From Eledone cirrhosa (taxonomy: Eukaryota), in the NCBI GenBank assembly GCA_964016885.1, contig OZ024752.1:20770001-20834000 (forward strand): a stretch of DNA of 64,000 bases, read 5' to 3'. Under the pieces are notes generated by a model. It was not told the origin of the DNA, did no database searches, and was given only the letters and a program-made list of their open reading frames with translations. Shown in pieces: positions 50,901-64,000 of the stretch; positions within the stretch are counted from its first letter, which is position 1, and each line of letters starts with the position of its first letter. The translations under genes were made by a program, and so were the position numbers.

Positions 50901-53900
50901 ATGTAACACCTAGTATTTTATATTACACCTAGTATTGTATGTAACACCTAGTATTGTATGTTACACCTAGTATTGTATATTACACCTAGTATTATATGTT
51001 ACACCTGTACTGTATGTTATATATAGTATTGTATGCTACCCCTAGTATTGTATGTAACACCTAGTATTCGATGTTACCCCTGGTACTGTATGTTACACAT
51101 AGTATAGTATGTTAAACCTAGTGTTGTATGTAACATCTAGTGTTGTATGTTACACATAGTATTATGTTACACATAGTATTGTATGTTACACCTAGTATTG
51201 TATGTTACCCTTAGTGTTGTAGGTAACACCTAGTGTTGTATGTAACACCTAGTATTGTATGTTACACCTAGTACTGTATGTAACACCTAGTATTGTATGT
51301 AACACCTAGTATTGTATGTTACACCCAGTATTGTATGTAACACTAGTATTGTATGTTACACCTACTATTGTATGTTACACCTACTATTGTATGTAACACC
51401 TAGTATTGTATGTATCACATAGTATTGTATGTTACACCTAGTATTGTACGTTACACTTAGTATTGTACGTAACACCAAGTATTATATGTAGCACATAGTA
51501 TTTTATGTAAATACCTAGTATTGTGATTTACACCTACTATTGTATGTAACACCTAGTATTGTATGTAACACCTAATATTGTATGTAACACATAGTATTGT
51601 ATGTTACACCTAGTATTGTGTGTTACAGCTAGTATTGTATGTTACACCTAGTATTGTATGTTACACCTAGTATTGTAGATAACACCTAGTATTGTATGTT
51701 ACACATACTATTGTATGTTACACCTATTATTGTATGTAACACATAGTATTGTATGTTGCACCTAGTATTGTATGTTACACCTACTATTGTATGTTACATA
51801 TAGTATTGTATGTTACACCTAGTATTGTATGTAACACCTAGTATTGTATGTTACACATAGTATTGTATTTTAGACCTAGTGTTGTATGAAACACTTAGTA
51901 TTGTATGTTACACCAACTATTGTATGTAACACCTAGTATTGTATGTTACACCTAGTATTGTATGTAACACCTAGTATTGTATGTTACACCTAGTATTGTA
52001 TGTTAGACCTAGTGTTGTATGTAACACCTAGTATTGTATGTTACACCAACTATTGTATGTAACACATAGTATTATATGTTACACCTAGTATTGTATGTAA
52101 CACCTAGTATTGTATGTTACACCTAGTACTGTATGTTACATGTAGTATTGTATGTTACACGAAGTATTGTATGTAACACCTAGTATTGTATGTTACACCT
52201 AATATTGTATGTAACACCTAGTATTATATGTAACACCTAGTATTATATGTTACACCTACTATTGTATGTTACCCCTACTATTGTATGTTACACCTACTAT
52301 TGTATGTAACATCTAGTGTTGTATGTAACACATAGTATTGTATGTTACACCTAGTATTGTATGTTACACTTAGTATTGTACGTAACACCTAGTATTATAT
52401 GTAGCACATAGTAGTGTATGTTACACCTACTATTGTATGTTACATATAGTATTGTATGTTACACCTAGTGTTGTATGTTACACCTAGTATTGTATGTAAC
52501 ACCTAGTATTGTATGTAACACCTAGTATTGTATGTTACACCTAGTATTGTATGTTACACCTAGTATTGTATGTTACACCTACTATTGTATGTAATACCTA
52601 GTATTGTATGTTACACCTAGTATTGTATGTTAGACCAAGTGTTGTATGTAACACCTAGTATTGTATGTTACACCAAGTATTGTATGTAACTCCTAGTATT
52701 GTATGTTACACCTAGTATTGTATGTTACACCTAGTACTGTATGTTACATGTAGCATTGTATGTTACACTGAGTATTGTATGTTACACTTAGTATTGTATG
52801 TAACACCTAGTATTGTATGTAACACCTAGTATTGAATGTTACACCTACTATTTTATGTTACAGCTACTATTGTATGTAACACCTAGTATGGTATGTTACA
52901 CCTACTATTGTGTGTTACACCTAGTATTGTATTTTACACCTAGTATTGTATGTAACACCTAGTATTGTATGTCACATCTAGTATTGTATGTTACACCTAG
53001 TATTGTATGTTACATGTATTGTATGTTAAACCTAGTATTGTAAGTAACACCTAGTATTGTATGTTACACACAGTATTGTATGTTACACCTAGTATTGTAT
53101 GTAAAAAACCTAATATTGTATGTTACCCCTACTATTGTATGTAATACCTAGTATTGTATGTTACACCTAGTATTGTATGTTACACCTAGTACTGTATGTT
53201 ACACCTAGTACTGTATGTTACATGTAGTATTGTATGTTACACATAGTATTTTACATTACACCTAGTATTGTATGTAACACCTAGTATTGTATGTAACACC
53301 TAGTATTGTATGTTACACCTAGTATTGTATGTTACACCTAGTATTGTATGTTACACCTACTATTGTATGTAATACCTAGTATTGTATGTTACACCTAGTA
53401 TTGTATGTTAGACCAAGTGTTGTATGTAACACCTAGTATTGTATGTTACACCAAGTATTGTATGTTACACCTATTTTATGTTACACCTAGTATTGTATGT
53501 AACACCTAGTATTGTATGTTACACCTAGTATTGTATGTTACACCTACTATTGTATGTAATACCTAGTATTGTATGTAACACCTAGTATTGTATGTTACAC
53601 CTATTTTATGTTACAGCTACTATTGTATGTAACACCTAGTATGGTATGTTACACCTACTATTGTGTGTTACACCTAGTATTGTATGTTACACCTAGTATT
53701 GTATGTAACACCTAGTATTGTATGTCACACATAGTATTGTATGTTACACCTAGTATTGTATGTTACCCACAGTATTGTATGTTACACCTAGTATTGTATG
53801 TAAAAAACCTAATATTGTATGTTATCCCTACTATTGTACGTAATACCTAGTATTGTATGTTACACCTAGTATTGTATGTTACACCTAGTACTGTATGTTA

Positions 53901-56900
53901 CACCTAGTACTGTATGTTACATGTAGTATTGTATGTTACACCTAGTATTTTACATTACACCTAGTATCGTATGTAACACCTAGTATTGTATGTTACACCT
54001 AGTATTGTATATTACACCTAGTATTATATGTTACACCTGTACTGTATGTTATATATAGTATTGTATGCTACCCCTAGTATTGTATGTAACACCTAGTATT
54101 CGATGTTCCCCCTGGTACTGTATGTTACACATAGTATAGTATGTTAAACCTAGTGTTGTATGTAACATCTAGTGTTGTATGTTACACATTGTATTATATG
54201 TTACACATAGTATTGTATGTTACACCTAGTATTGTATGTTACCCTTAGTGTTGTAGGTAACACCTAGTGTTGTATGTAACACCTAGTATTGTATGTTACA
54301 CCTAGTACTGTATGTAACACCTAGTAATGTATGTAACACCTAGTATTGTATGTTACACCCAGTATTGTATGTAACACTAGTATTGTATGTTACACCTACT
54401 ATTGTATGTTACACCTACTATTGTATGTAACACCTAGTATCGTATGTATCACATAGTATTGTATGTTACACCTAGTATTGTACGTTACACCTAGTATTGT
54501 ACGTAACACCAAGTATTATATGTAGCACATAGTATTTTATGTAAATACCTAGTATTGTGATTTACACCTATTATTGTATGTACACCTAGTATTGTATGTA
54601 ACACCTAGTATTGTATGTAACACCTAGTATTGTATGTAACACCTAGTATTGTATGTTACACCTAGTATTGTATGTTACACCTAGTATTGTATGTTACACC
54701 GAGAATTGTACGTAACACCTAATATTGTATGTAACACATAGTATTGTATGTTACACCTAGTATTGTGTGTTACACCTAGTATTGTATGTTACACCTAGTA
54801 TTGTATGTTACACCTAGTATTGTAGATAACACCTAGTATTGTATGTTACACATACTATTGTATGTTACACCTATTATTGTATGTAACACATAGTATTGTA
54901 TGTTGCACCTAGTATTGTATGTTACACCTACTATTGTATGTTTCATATAGTATTGTATGTTACACCTAGTATTGTATGTAACACCTAGTATTGTATGTTA
55001 CACATAGTATTGTATTTTAGACCTAGTGTTGTATGAAACACTTAGTATTGTATGTTACACCAACTATTGTATGTAACACCTAGTATTGTATGTTACACCT
55101 AGTATTGTATGTAACACCTAGTATTGTATGTTACACCTAGTATTGTATGTTAGACCTAGTGTTGTATGTAACACCTAGTATTGTATGTTACACCAACTAT
55201 TGTATGTAACACATAGTATTGTATGTTACACCTAGTCTTGTATGTAACACCTAGTATTGTATGTTACACCTAGTACTGTATGTTACATGTAGTATTGTAT
55301 GTTACACGAAGTATTGTATGTAACACCTAGTATTGTATGTTACACCTAGTATTGTATGTTACACCTACTATTGTATGTTACACCTACTATTGTACGTAAC
55401 ACCTAGTATTGTATGTTACACCTAGTACTGTATGTTACATGTAGTATTGTATGTTACACGAAGTATTGTATGTAACACCTAGTATTGTATGTAACACCTA
55501 GTATTGTATGTAACACCTAGTATTGTATGTTACACCTAGTATTGTATGTTACACCTAGTGTTGTATCTAACACCTAGTATTGTGTGTTACACCTAGTATT
55601 GCATGTTATAGCTAGTATTTTATGTAACTCCTAGTATTGTATGTTACACCTAGTATTGTATGTAACACCTAGTATTGTATGTTACACCTACTATTGTATG
55701 TAACATCTAGTGTTGTATGTAACACATAGTATTGTATGTTACACCTAGTATTGTATGTTACACCTAGTATTGTATGTTACACTTAGTATTGTACGTAACA
55801 CCTAGTATTATATGTAGAACATAGTATTGTATGTTACACCTACTATTGTATGTTACATATAGTATTGTATGTTACACCTAGTGTTGTATGTTACACCTAG
55901 TATTGTATGTAACACCTAGTATTGTATGTAACACCTAGTATTGTATGTAACACCTAGTATTGTATGTTACACCTACTATTGTATGTAATACCTAGTATTG
56001 TATGTTACACCTAGTATTGTATGTTAGACCAAGTGTTGTATGTAACACCTAGTATTGTATGTTACACCAAGTATTGTATGTAACTCCTAGTATTGTATGT
56101 TACACCTAGTATTGTATGTTACACCTAGTACTGTATGTTACATGTAGTATTGTATGTTACACTTAGTATTGTATGTTACACTTAGTATTGTATGTAACAC
56201 CTAGTATTGTATGTAACACCTAGTATTGAATGTTACACCTACTATTTTATGTTACAGCTACTATTGTATGTAACACCTAGTATGGTATGTTACACCTACT
56301 ATTGTGTGTTACACCTAGTATTGTATTTTACACCTAGTATTGTATGTAACACCTAGTATTGTATGTCACATCTAGTATTGTATGTTACACCTAGTATTGT
56401 ATGTTACATGTATTGTATGTTAAACCTAGTATTGTAAGTAACACCTAGTATTGTATGTTACACACAGTATTGTATGTTACACCTAGTATTGTATGTAAAA
56501 AACCTAATATTGTATGTTACCCCTACTATTGTATGTAATACCTAGTATTGTATGTTACACCTAGTATTGTATGTTACACCTAGTACTGTATGTTACACCT
56601 AGTACTGTATGTTACATGTAGTATTGTATGTTACACATAGTATTTTACATTACACCTAGTATTGTATGTAACACCTAGTATTGTATGTTACACCTAGTAT
56701 TGTATATTACACCTAGTATTATATGTTACACCTGTACTGTATGTTATATATAGTATTGTATGCTACCCCTAGTATTGTATGTAACACCTAGTATTCGATG
56801 TTACCCCTGGTACTGTATGTTACACATAGTATTGTATGTTAAACCTAGTGTTGTATGTAACATCTAGTGTTGTATGTTACACATAGTATTGTATGTTACA

Positions 56901-59900
56901 CCTAGTATTGTATGTTACACCTAGTGTTGTATGTAACACCTAGTATTGGATGTTACACCTAGTACTGTATGTAACACCTAGTATTGTATGTAACACCTAG
57001 TATTGTATGTTACACCCAGTATTGTATGTAACACCTAGTATTGTATGTTACACCTACTATTGTATGTTACACCTACTATTGTATGTAACACCTAGTATTG
57101 TATGTATCACATAATATTGTATGTTAGACCTAGTATTGTATGTTACACTTAGTATTGTACGTAACACCTAGTATTATATGTAGCACATAGTATTTTATGT
57201 AAATACCTAGTATTGTGATTTACACCTATTATTGTATGTAACACCTAGTATTGTATGTTACACCTAGTATTGTATGTTACACCTAGTATTGTATGTTACA
57301 CCGAGAATTGTAAGTAAAACCTAGTATTGTATGTAACACATAGTATTGTGTGTTACACCTAGTATTGTATGTTACACCTAGTATTGTATGTTACACCTAG
57401 TATTGTATTTTAGACCTAGTGTTTTATGTAACACTTAGTATTGTATGTTACACCAAATATTGTATGTAACACCTAGTATTGTATGTTACACCTAGTATTG
57501 TATGTTACACCTAGTATTGAATGTAACACCTAGTATTGTATGTTACACCTATTATTGTATGTTAGACCTAGTGTTGTATGTAACACCTAGTATTGTATGT
57601 AACACCTAGTATTGTGTGTTACACCTACTATTGTATGTAACACCTAGTATGATATGTTACACCTACTATTGTATGTTACATGTAGTATTGTATGTTATTT
57701 CTAGTATTGTATGTTACAGCTAGTATTGTATGTAACACCTTGTATCGTATGTAACATCTAGTATTGTATGTTACACCTTGTATTGTATGTTACACCTATT
57801 ATTGTATGTTACATGTAGTATCGCATGTTTCACGTAGTATTGTATGTTACACCAACTATTGTATGTTACATGTAGTATTCTGTAACACCTAGTATTGTAT
57901 GTTACACCTAGTATTGTATGTTACACCTAGTATTGTATGCAACACCTAGTATTGTATGTTACACCTAATACTGTATGTTACATGTAGTATTGTATGTTAC
58001 ACCTAGTATTGTATATTACACCTAGTATTTTTACGTTACACCTAGTATTGTATGTAACACCTAGTTTTGTATGTTACACCTAGTATTGTATGTTACACCT
58101 AGTACTGTATGTTACACCTAGTACTGTATGTTACACCTAGTATTGTATGTTACACCTAGTATTGTACGTTACACCTAGTATGGTATATAACACCTAGTAT
58201 TGTATGTTACACATAATATTGTATATTACACCTAGTATTATATGTTACACCTGTACTGTATGTTATTTGTAGTATTGTATGTTACCCCTAGTATTTTATG
58301 TTAAACCTAGTATTGTATGTTACACTTAGTAATGTATGTAACACCTAGTATTATATGTTACACTTAGTATTCGATGTTACCCCTGGTACTGTATGTTACA
58401 GATAGTAAAGTATGTTACACCTAGTGATGTATATAACATCTAGTGTTGTATGTTACACATAGTATTGTATGTTACACCTATTGTATGTTACATCGAGTAT
58501 TCTATGTTACACCTAGTATTGAATGTTGAACCTAGTATTGAATGTTACACAGTATTGTATGTTACACCTAGTATTGTGTGTTACACCTACTATTGTATGT
58601 AACACCTAGTATTGTATGTTACATGTAGTATTGTATGTTACACCTAGTATTGTATGTAACACCTAGTATTGTGTTACACTTAGTATTGTATGTAACACCT
58701 AGTATTGTATGTAAAACCTAGTGTTGTATGTTACACCTAGTATTGTATGTTACACCTAGTATTGTATGTAACACCTACTATTGTATGTTACACCTAGTAT
58801 TGTATTTTACATGTAGTTTTCTGTTAAACCTACATTGTATGTAACACCTAGTATTGTATGTTACACCTACTATTGTCTGTTACATGTAGTATTGTATGTT
58901 TCATGTAGTATTGTATGTGAAACCTAGTATTGTAGATAACACCTAGTATTGTCTGTTACACCTATTATTGTATGTTACACTTACTATTGTATGTAACACT
59001 TACTATTGTATGTAACACCTATTATTGTATGATACACCTAGTATTGTATGTTAGATGTAGTATTGTATCTAACACTTAGTATTATATGTAACAACTAGTA
59101 TTGTATGTTACACCTAGTATTGTATGTTACACCTAGCACTGTATGTTATATGTAGTATTGTATGTTATACCTAGTATTGTACGTAACACCTAGTATTGTA
59201 TGTTATTCCTAGTATTGTATGTTACACCTGTACTCTATGTTATATGTAATATTGTATGTTACACCTAGTATCGTATGTTACACCTAGAATTATATGTTAC
59301 ACCTAGTATTGTATGTTACACCTAGTATTGTATGTTACACCTAGTATTGTATGTTACACATGGTATTGTATGTTACACCTACTATTTTATGTAACACCTA
59401 GTATTGTATGTTACAGCTAGTATTATATGTTACACCTGTACTGTATGTTATATGTAGTATTGTATGTTACACTTAGTATTGCATGTTACACCTACTATTG
59501 TATGTTACACCTAGTATTGTATGTTACACCTAGTATTGTATGTTACAAGTAGTATTGTATGTAACACCTAGTTTATGTTACACTTATTGTATGTTACACC
59601 TTGTATTTTATGTTACACCTAGTATTGTATGTAACACCTAGTATTGTATGTTACACCTAGTGTTGAATGTAACACCTAGTATTGTGTGTTACACCTACTA
59701 TTGTATGTAACACCTAGTATTGTATGTTACACCTAGTAATGTATGTTAAACCTAGTATTGTATGTTGCACCTAGTATTGTATGTTACACCTAATATTTAT
59801 GTCAAATCTAGTATTGTATGTTACACCTAGTATTGTATGTAACACCTAGTATTGTGTGTTACACCTACTGTTGTATGTAACACCTAGTATTGTATGTTAC

Positions 59901-62900
59901 ACCTAGTAATGTATGTTAAACCGAGTATTGTTTGTTACAGCTAGTATTGTCTGTTACACCTAGTGTTCTATGTTACCCCTAGTATACTATGTTACACCTA
60001 GTATTGTATGTAACACCTAGTGTTGTATGTTACACCTAGTATTGTATGTTACACCAAGTACTGGATGTTACACCTAGTATTGTATGTTACAGCTAGTGTT
60101 CTATGTTACACCTAGTATTCTATGTTACACATAGTATAGTATGTTACACCTCATATTGTATGTAACACCTAGTGTTCTATGTAACATCTAGTGTTGTATG
60201 TTACACATATTATTGTATGTTACACCTAGTATTGTATGTTAGAACTAGTATTGTATGTTACACCTAGTATTGTATATTACAAGTATTATTGTATTTTACA
60301 CCTAGTGCATGTTACACCTAGTATTGTGTGTTACAACTACTATTGTATGTAATACCTAGTATTGTATGTTACACCTAGTATTGTATCTTGCACCTAGTAT
60401 TGTATGTTACACCTAGTATTGTAGGTAATACTTAGTATTGTATGTTACATCTAGTATTGTATGTTACACCTAGAATTGTATGTTACACGTAGAGCTGCAT
60501 GTAACACCTAGTATTGTATGTTACACCTAGTGTTGTATTTAACACCTAGTATTCTATGTTACATGTAGTATTGTATGTTACACATAGTATTGTATGTTAC
60601 ACCTAGTACTGTATGTAACATCTATTGTATGTAACAGCTTGTGTTGAATGTTACACCTAGTATTGTATGTTACACCTAGTATTGTATGTTAGACCTAGTA
60701 TTGGATGTTACACCTAATATTGTATGTAACGTGGAGTATTGTATGTTACACCTAGTATTGTATGTTACACCGAGTATTGAATGTTACACCTAGTACTCTA
60801 TGTAACATCTAGTATTGTATGTAACACCTAGTATTGTATGTTAGACCTAGTATTGTATGTTACATCTAGTATTGTATGTTACACATAGTAATGGATGTTA
60901 CACCTAGTATTGTATGTTACACTTAGTATTGTATGTAACACTTAGTATTGTATGTAACACCTAGTATTGTATGTTACACCTAGTATTGTATCTAACACCT
61001 AGTATTGTATGTAACACATAGAATTGTATTTTGCACCTAGTATTGTATGTTACACCTAGTATTTTATGTTAGACCTGTACTGTGTTACATGTAGTATTGT
61101 AAGTTACACCTAGTATTGTATGTAACACCTTGTATTGTATGTTACACATAGTATTGAATGTTAAACCTAGTACTGTATGTAACATCTAGTATTGTATGTA
61201 ACACCTAGTATTGTATGTAACACCAGTATTGTATGTTACACCTAGTGTTGTCTGTAACCCCTAGTATTCTAAGTTACAATACTACAGGTAACATACAACA
61301 GTAAGTTTATGTTACACATACTATTGTATTTTACACCTAGTATTGTATGTTACACCTAGTATTGTATGTTACACCTAGTATTTTATGTAACACCTAGTGT
61401 TGTATGTTACACCTAGTATTGTATGTTACACCTAGAGCTGCATGTAGCACCTAGTATTGTATGTTACACCTAGTGTTGTCTGTAACCCCTAGTAATCTAT
61501 GTTACATGTAGTATTGTATGTTACACCTAGTATTGTATGTTACATTTAGTATTGTATGTTACACCTACTATTGTATGTTACACCTAATATTGTGTGTAAC
61601 AGGAAGTATTGTATGTAACAACTAGTATTGTATGTAACACCTAGTATTGAATGTTAAACCTAGTACTGTATGTAACATCTAGTATTGTATGATACACCTG
61701 GTATTGTATGTTAGAGCTAGTACTGTATGTTACATGCAGTATTGTATGTTACACCTAGTACTGTATGTAACATCTAGTATTGTATGTGACACCTAGTATT
61801 GTATGTGACATCTAGTATTGTAGGTTACACCAAGTATTGTATGTTACACCTATTATTGTATGTTACACCTAGTATTGTATGTTAGATCTAGTACTGTATG
61901 TTACATGTAGTATTGTATGTTACACCTAGTATTATATGTAACAATACTACATTTAACATACAATAGTAAGTGTATGTTACACCTACTATTGTATCTTACA
62001 CCTAGTATTGTATGTTAAATGTAGTATTGTATGTTACACCTAGTATTGTAGGTAATACTTAGTATTGTATGTTACATCTAGTATTGTATGTTACACCTAG
62101 TATTGTATGTAACAACTAGTGTTGTATGTTACACCTAGTATTGTATGTTACACCTAGTATTGTATGTTACTTAGTATTGTATGTTACACCTATTGTATCT
62201 TACACCTAGAATTGTATGTAACAGGAAGTAGTGTATGTAACAACTAGTATTGTATGTAACACCTAGTATTGAATGTTACACCTAGTACTGTATGTAACAT
62301 CTAGTATTGTATGTGACACCTAGTATTGTATGTTACACCTGGTATTGTATGTTTAAATCTAGTACTGTATGTAACATCTTATATTGTATGTGACACCTAG
62401 TATTTTATGTTACACCTAGTATTGTATGTTACATCTAGTATTGGATATTACACCTAGTATTGTATGTTACACTTAGTATTGTATGTAACACCTAGAATGT
62501 ATTTTGCACCTAGTATTGTATGTTACACCTAGTATTGTATGTTACACTTAGTATTGTATGCTGCACTTAGTGTTGTATGTAACACCTAATATTTTATGTT
62601 CCACCTACTATTGTATGTAACACCTAGTATTGTATGTAACACCTAGTGTTGTATGTTACACATAGTATTTCGTGTTACACAGACTATTTTATGTTATATC
62701 TAGTGCTGTATGTAACACCTAGCATTATATGTTACACCTTGTATTGTATGTAACACCTAGTATTGTATGTACACCTAGTATCGTATGTTACACCTAGGTT
62801 TGTATATTACATGTAGTATTGTATGTTACACCTAGTATTGTATGTTACACCTTGTATTGTATGTTACACCTACTATTGTATGTTCCATGTAGTATTGTAT

Positions 62901-64000
62901 GTTAACCTAGTATGGTATGTTACACCTTGTATTGTATGTTACACCTAGTATTGTATGTTACACCTAGTGCTGTATGTAAAACCTAGTATTGTATGTAACA
63001 CCTAGTATTGTATGTTACACCTAGATTGTATGTAACACTTAGTATTGTATGTTACACCTGCTATTGTATGTTACATGTAGTATTGTATGTTACACCTAGT
63101 ATTGTATGTAACACCTGGTATTGTATGTTACACCTAGTATTGTATGTTACACCTAGTATTGTATGTTACATGTAGTATTGTATGTTAAACCTAGTATTGT
63201 AAGTAACACCTAGTATTGTATGTTAGACCTGGTATTGTATGTTAGACCTAGTATTGTATGTTAGACCGAGTATTGTATGTAACACCTAGTATTGTATGTT
63301 ACACCTAGTATTGTGTGTTACACATTCTGTTGTATGTAACACCTTGCATTGTATCTTACACCTACTATTGTATGTTACATGTAGTATTGTATGTTACCCC
63401 TAGTATTATATGTAACACCTAGTATTGTATGTTACACCTTGTAATGTATGTTACATATAGTATTGTATGTTAAACCTAGTGTGGTAGGTAACACCTATGT
63501 TACACATAGTATTGTATGTAACACCTAGAATTGTATGTAACACCTAGTGTTGTATGTTACACCTAGTATTGTATGTTAAACCTAGTATTGTATGTGACTC
63601 CTACTATTGTATGTTCAATTTAGTAGTGTATGTTACACCTACTACTTTATGTAACACATAGTAGTTTATGTTACACCTAGTGTTGTATGTTATGCTTAGT
63701 CTTGTAATTTACACCTTGTATTGTATGTAACACCTAGTATTGTATGTTTAACCTAGTATTCTATGTTACACCTAGTACTTTGTTATAAGTAGTATTGTAT
63801 GTTACACCTAGTATTATATGTTACACCTAGTGCTGTATGTAACACGTACTATTGTTTTATACACCTTGTATCGTATGTTAGTCCTAGTATTGTATGTAAC
63901 ACGTAATATTGTATGTAACACTTAGTATTGTATGTAACACCTAATATTGCATGTAACACCTAGTATTGCATGTTACACCTAGTATTGTATGTTACACCTA
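32926..64000. repeat. Satellite array of a 19-bp monomer (CACCTAGTATTGTATGTWA), roughly 1600 copies, continuing past the window end
   Basis: Seen directly. A TAG in most monomers and a period not divisible by 3 explain the absence of ORFs. Confidence 0.99.

Noticed and set aside
32926-64000. CRISPR array, telomeric repeat or coding repeat interpretation of the 19-bp array
   Set aside because: No unique spacers or cas genes, eukaryotic context, no G-rich telomeric motif, and stop codons in all frames.
32926-64000. Resemblance of gtatgtaac and tgttaca to PAR-bZIP or DMRT binding sites
   Set aside because: Only partial matches that are expected by chance in AT-rich sequence.

Overview
Eukaryotic, AT-rich, repeat-dense genomic DNA; the SINE, RTE and Penelope families and (TA)n tracts look octopod-like (inference). 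The first ~33 kb holds two divergently oriented candidate secreted-protein genes. One is a minus-strand signal-peptide exon at 2252-2348. The other is a plus-strand gene with phase-compatible signal-peptide (21115-21166), PAN/apple-like (29126-29326) and coiled-coil (32472-32602) exons. Around them lie a decayed Gypsy LTR retrotransposon, a non-autonomous LTR element with a tRNA-Trp PBS and CATG TSD, an L1/Tx1 3' end with a 12-bp TSD inside a Penelope element, and RTE, CRE-like, Tigger, Helitron-like and MULE-like remnants plus many SINEs. At least four hammerhead-ribozyme motifs are visible. One copy of a hammerhead-bearing element appears converted into a perfect palindrome that lacks the catalytic core. 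From ~32926 to the window end runs a >31-kb array of a 19-bp satellite with nested kb-scale higher-order structure, apparently in an intron of the PAN gene. Most supplied ORFs are microsatellite or transposon-antisense artefacts. I see no clear-cut new multi-gene system; the hammerhead element family, the intronic satellite and the PAN/coiled-coil gene are the best leads.
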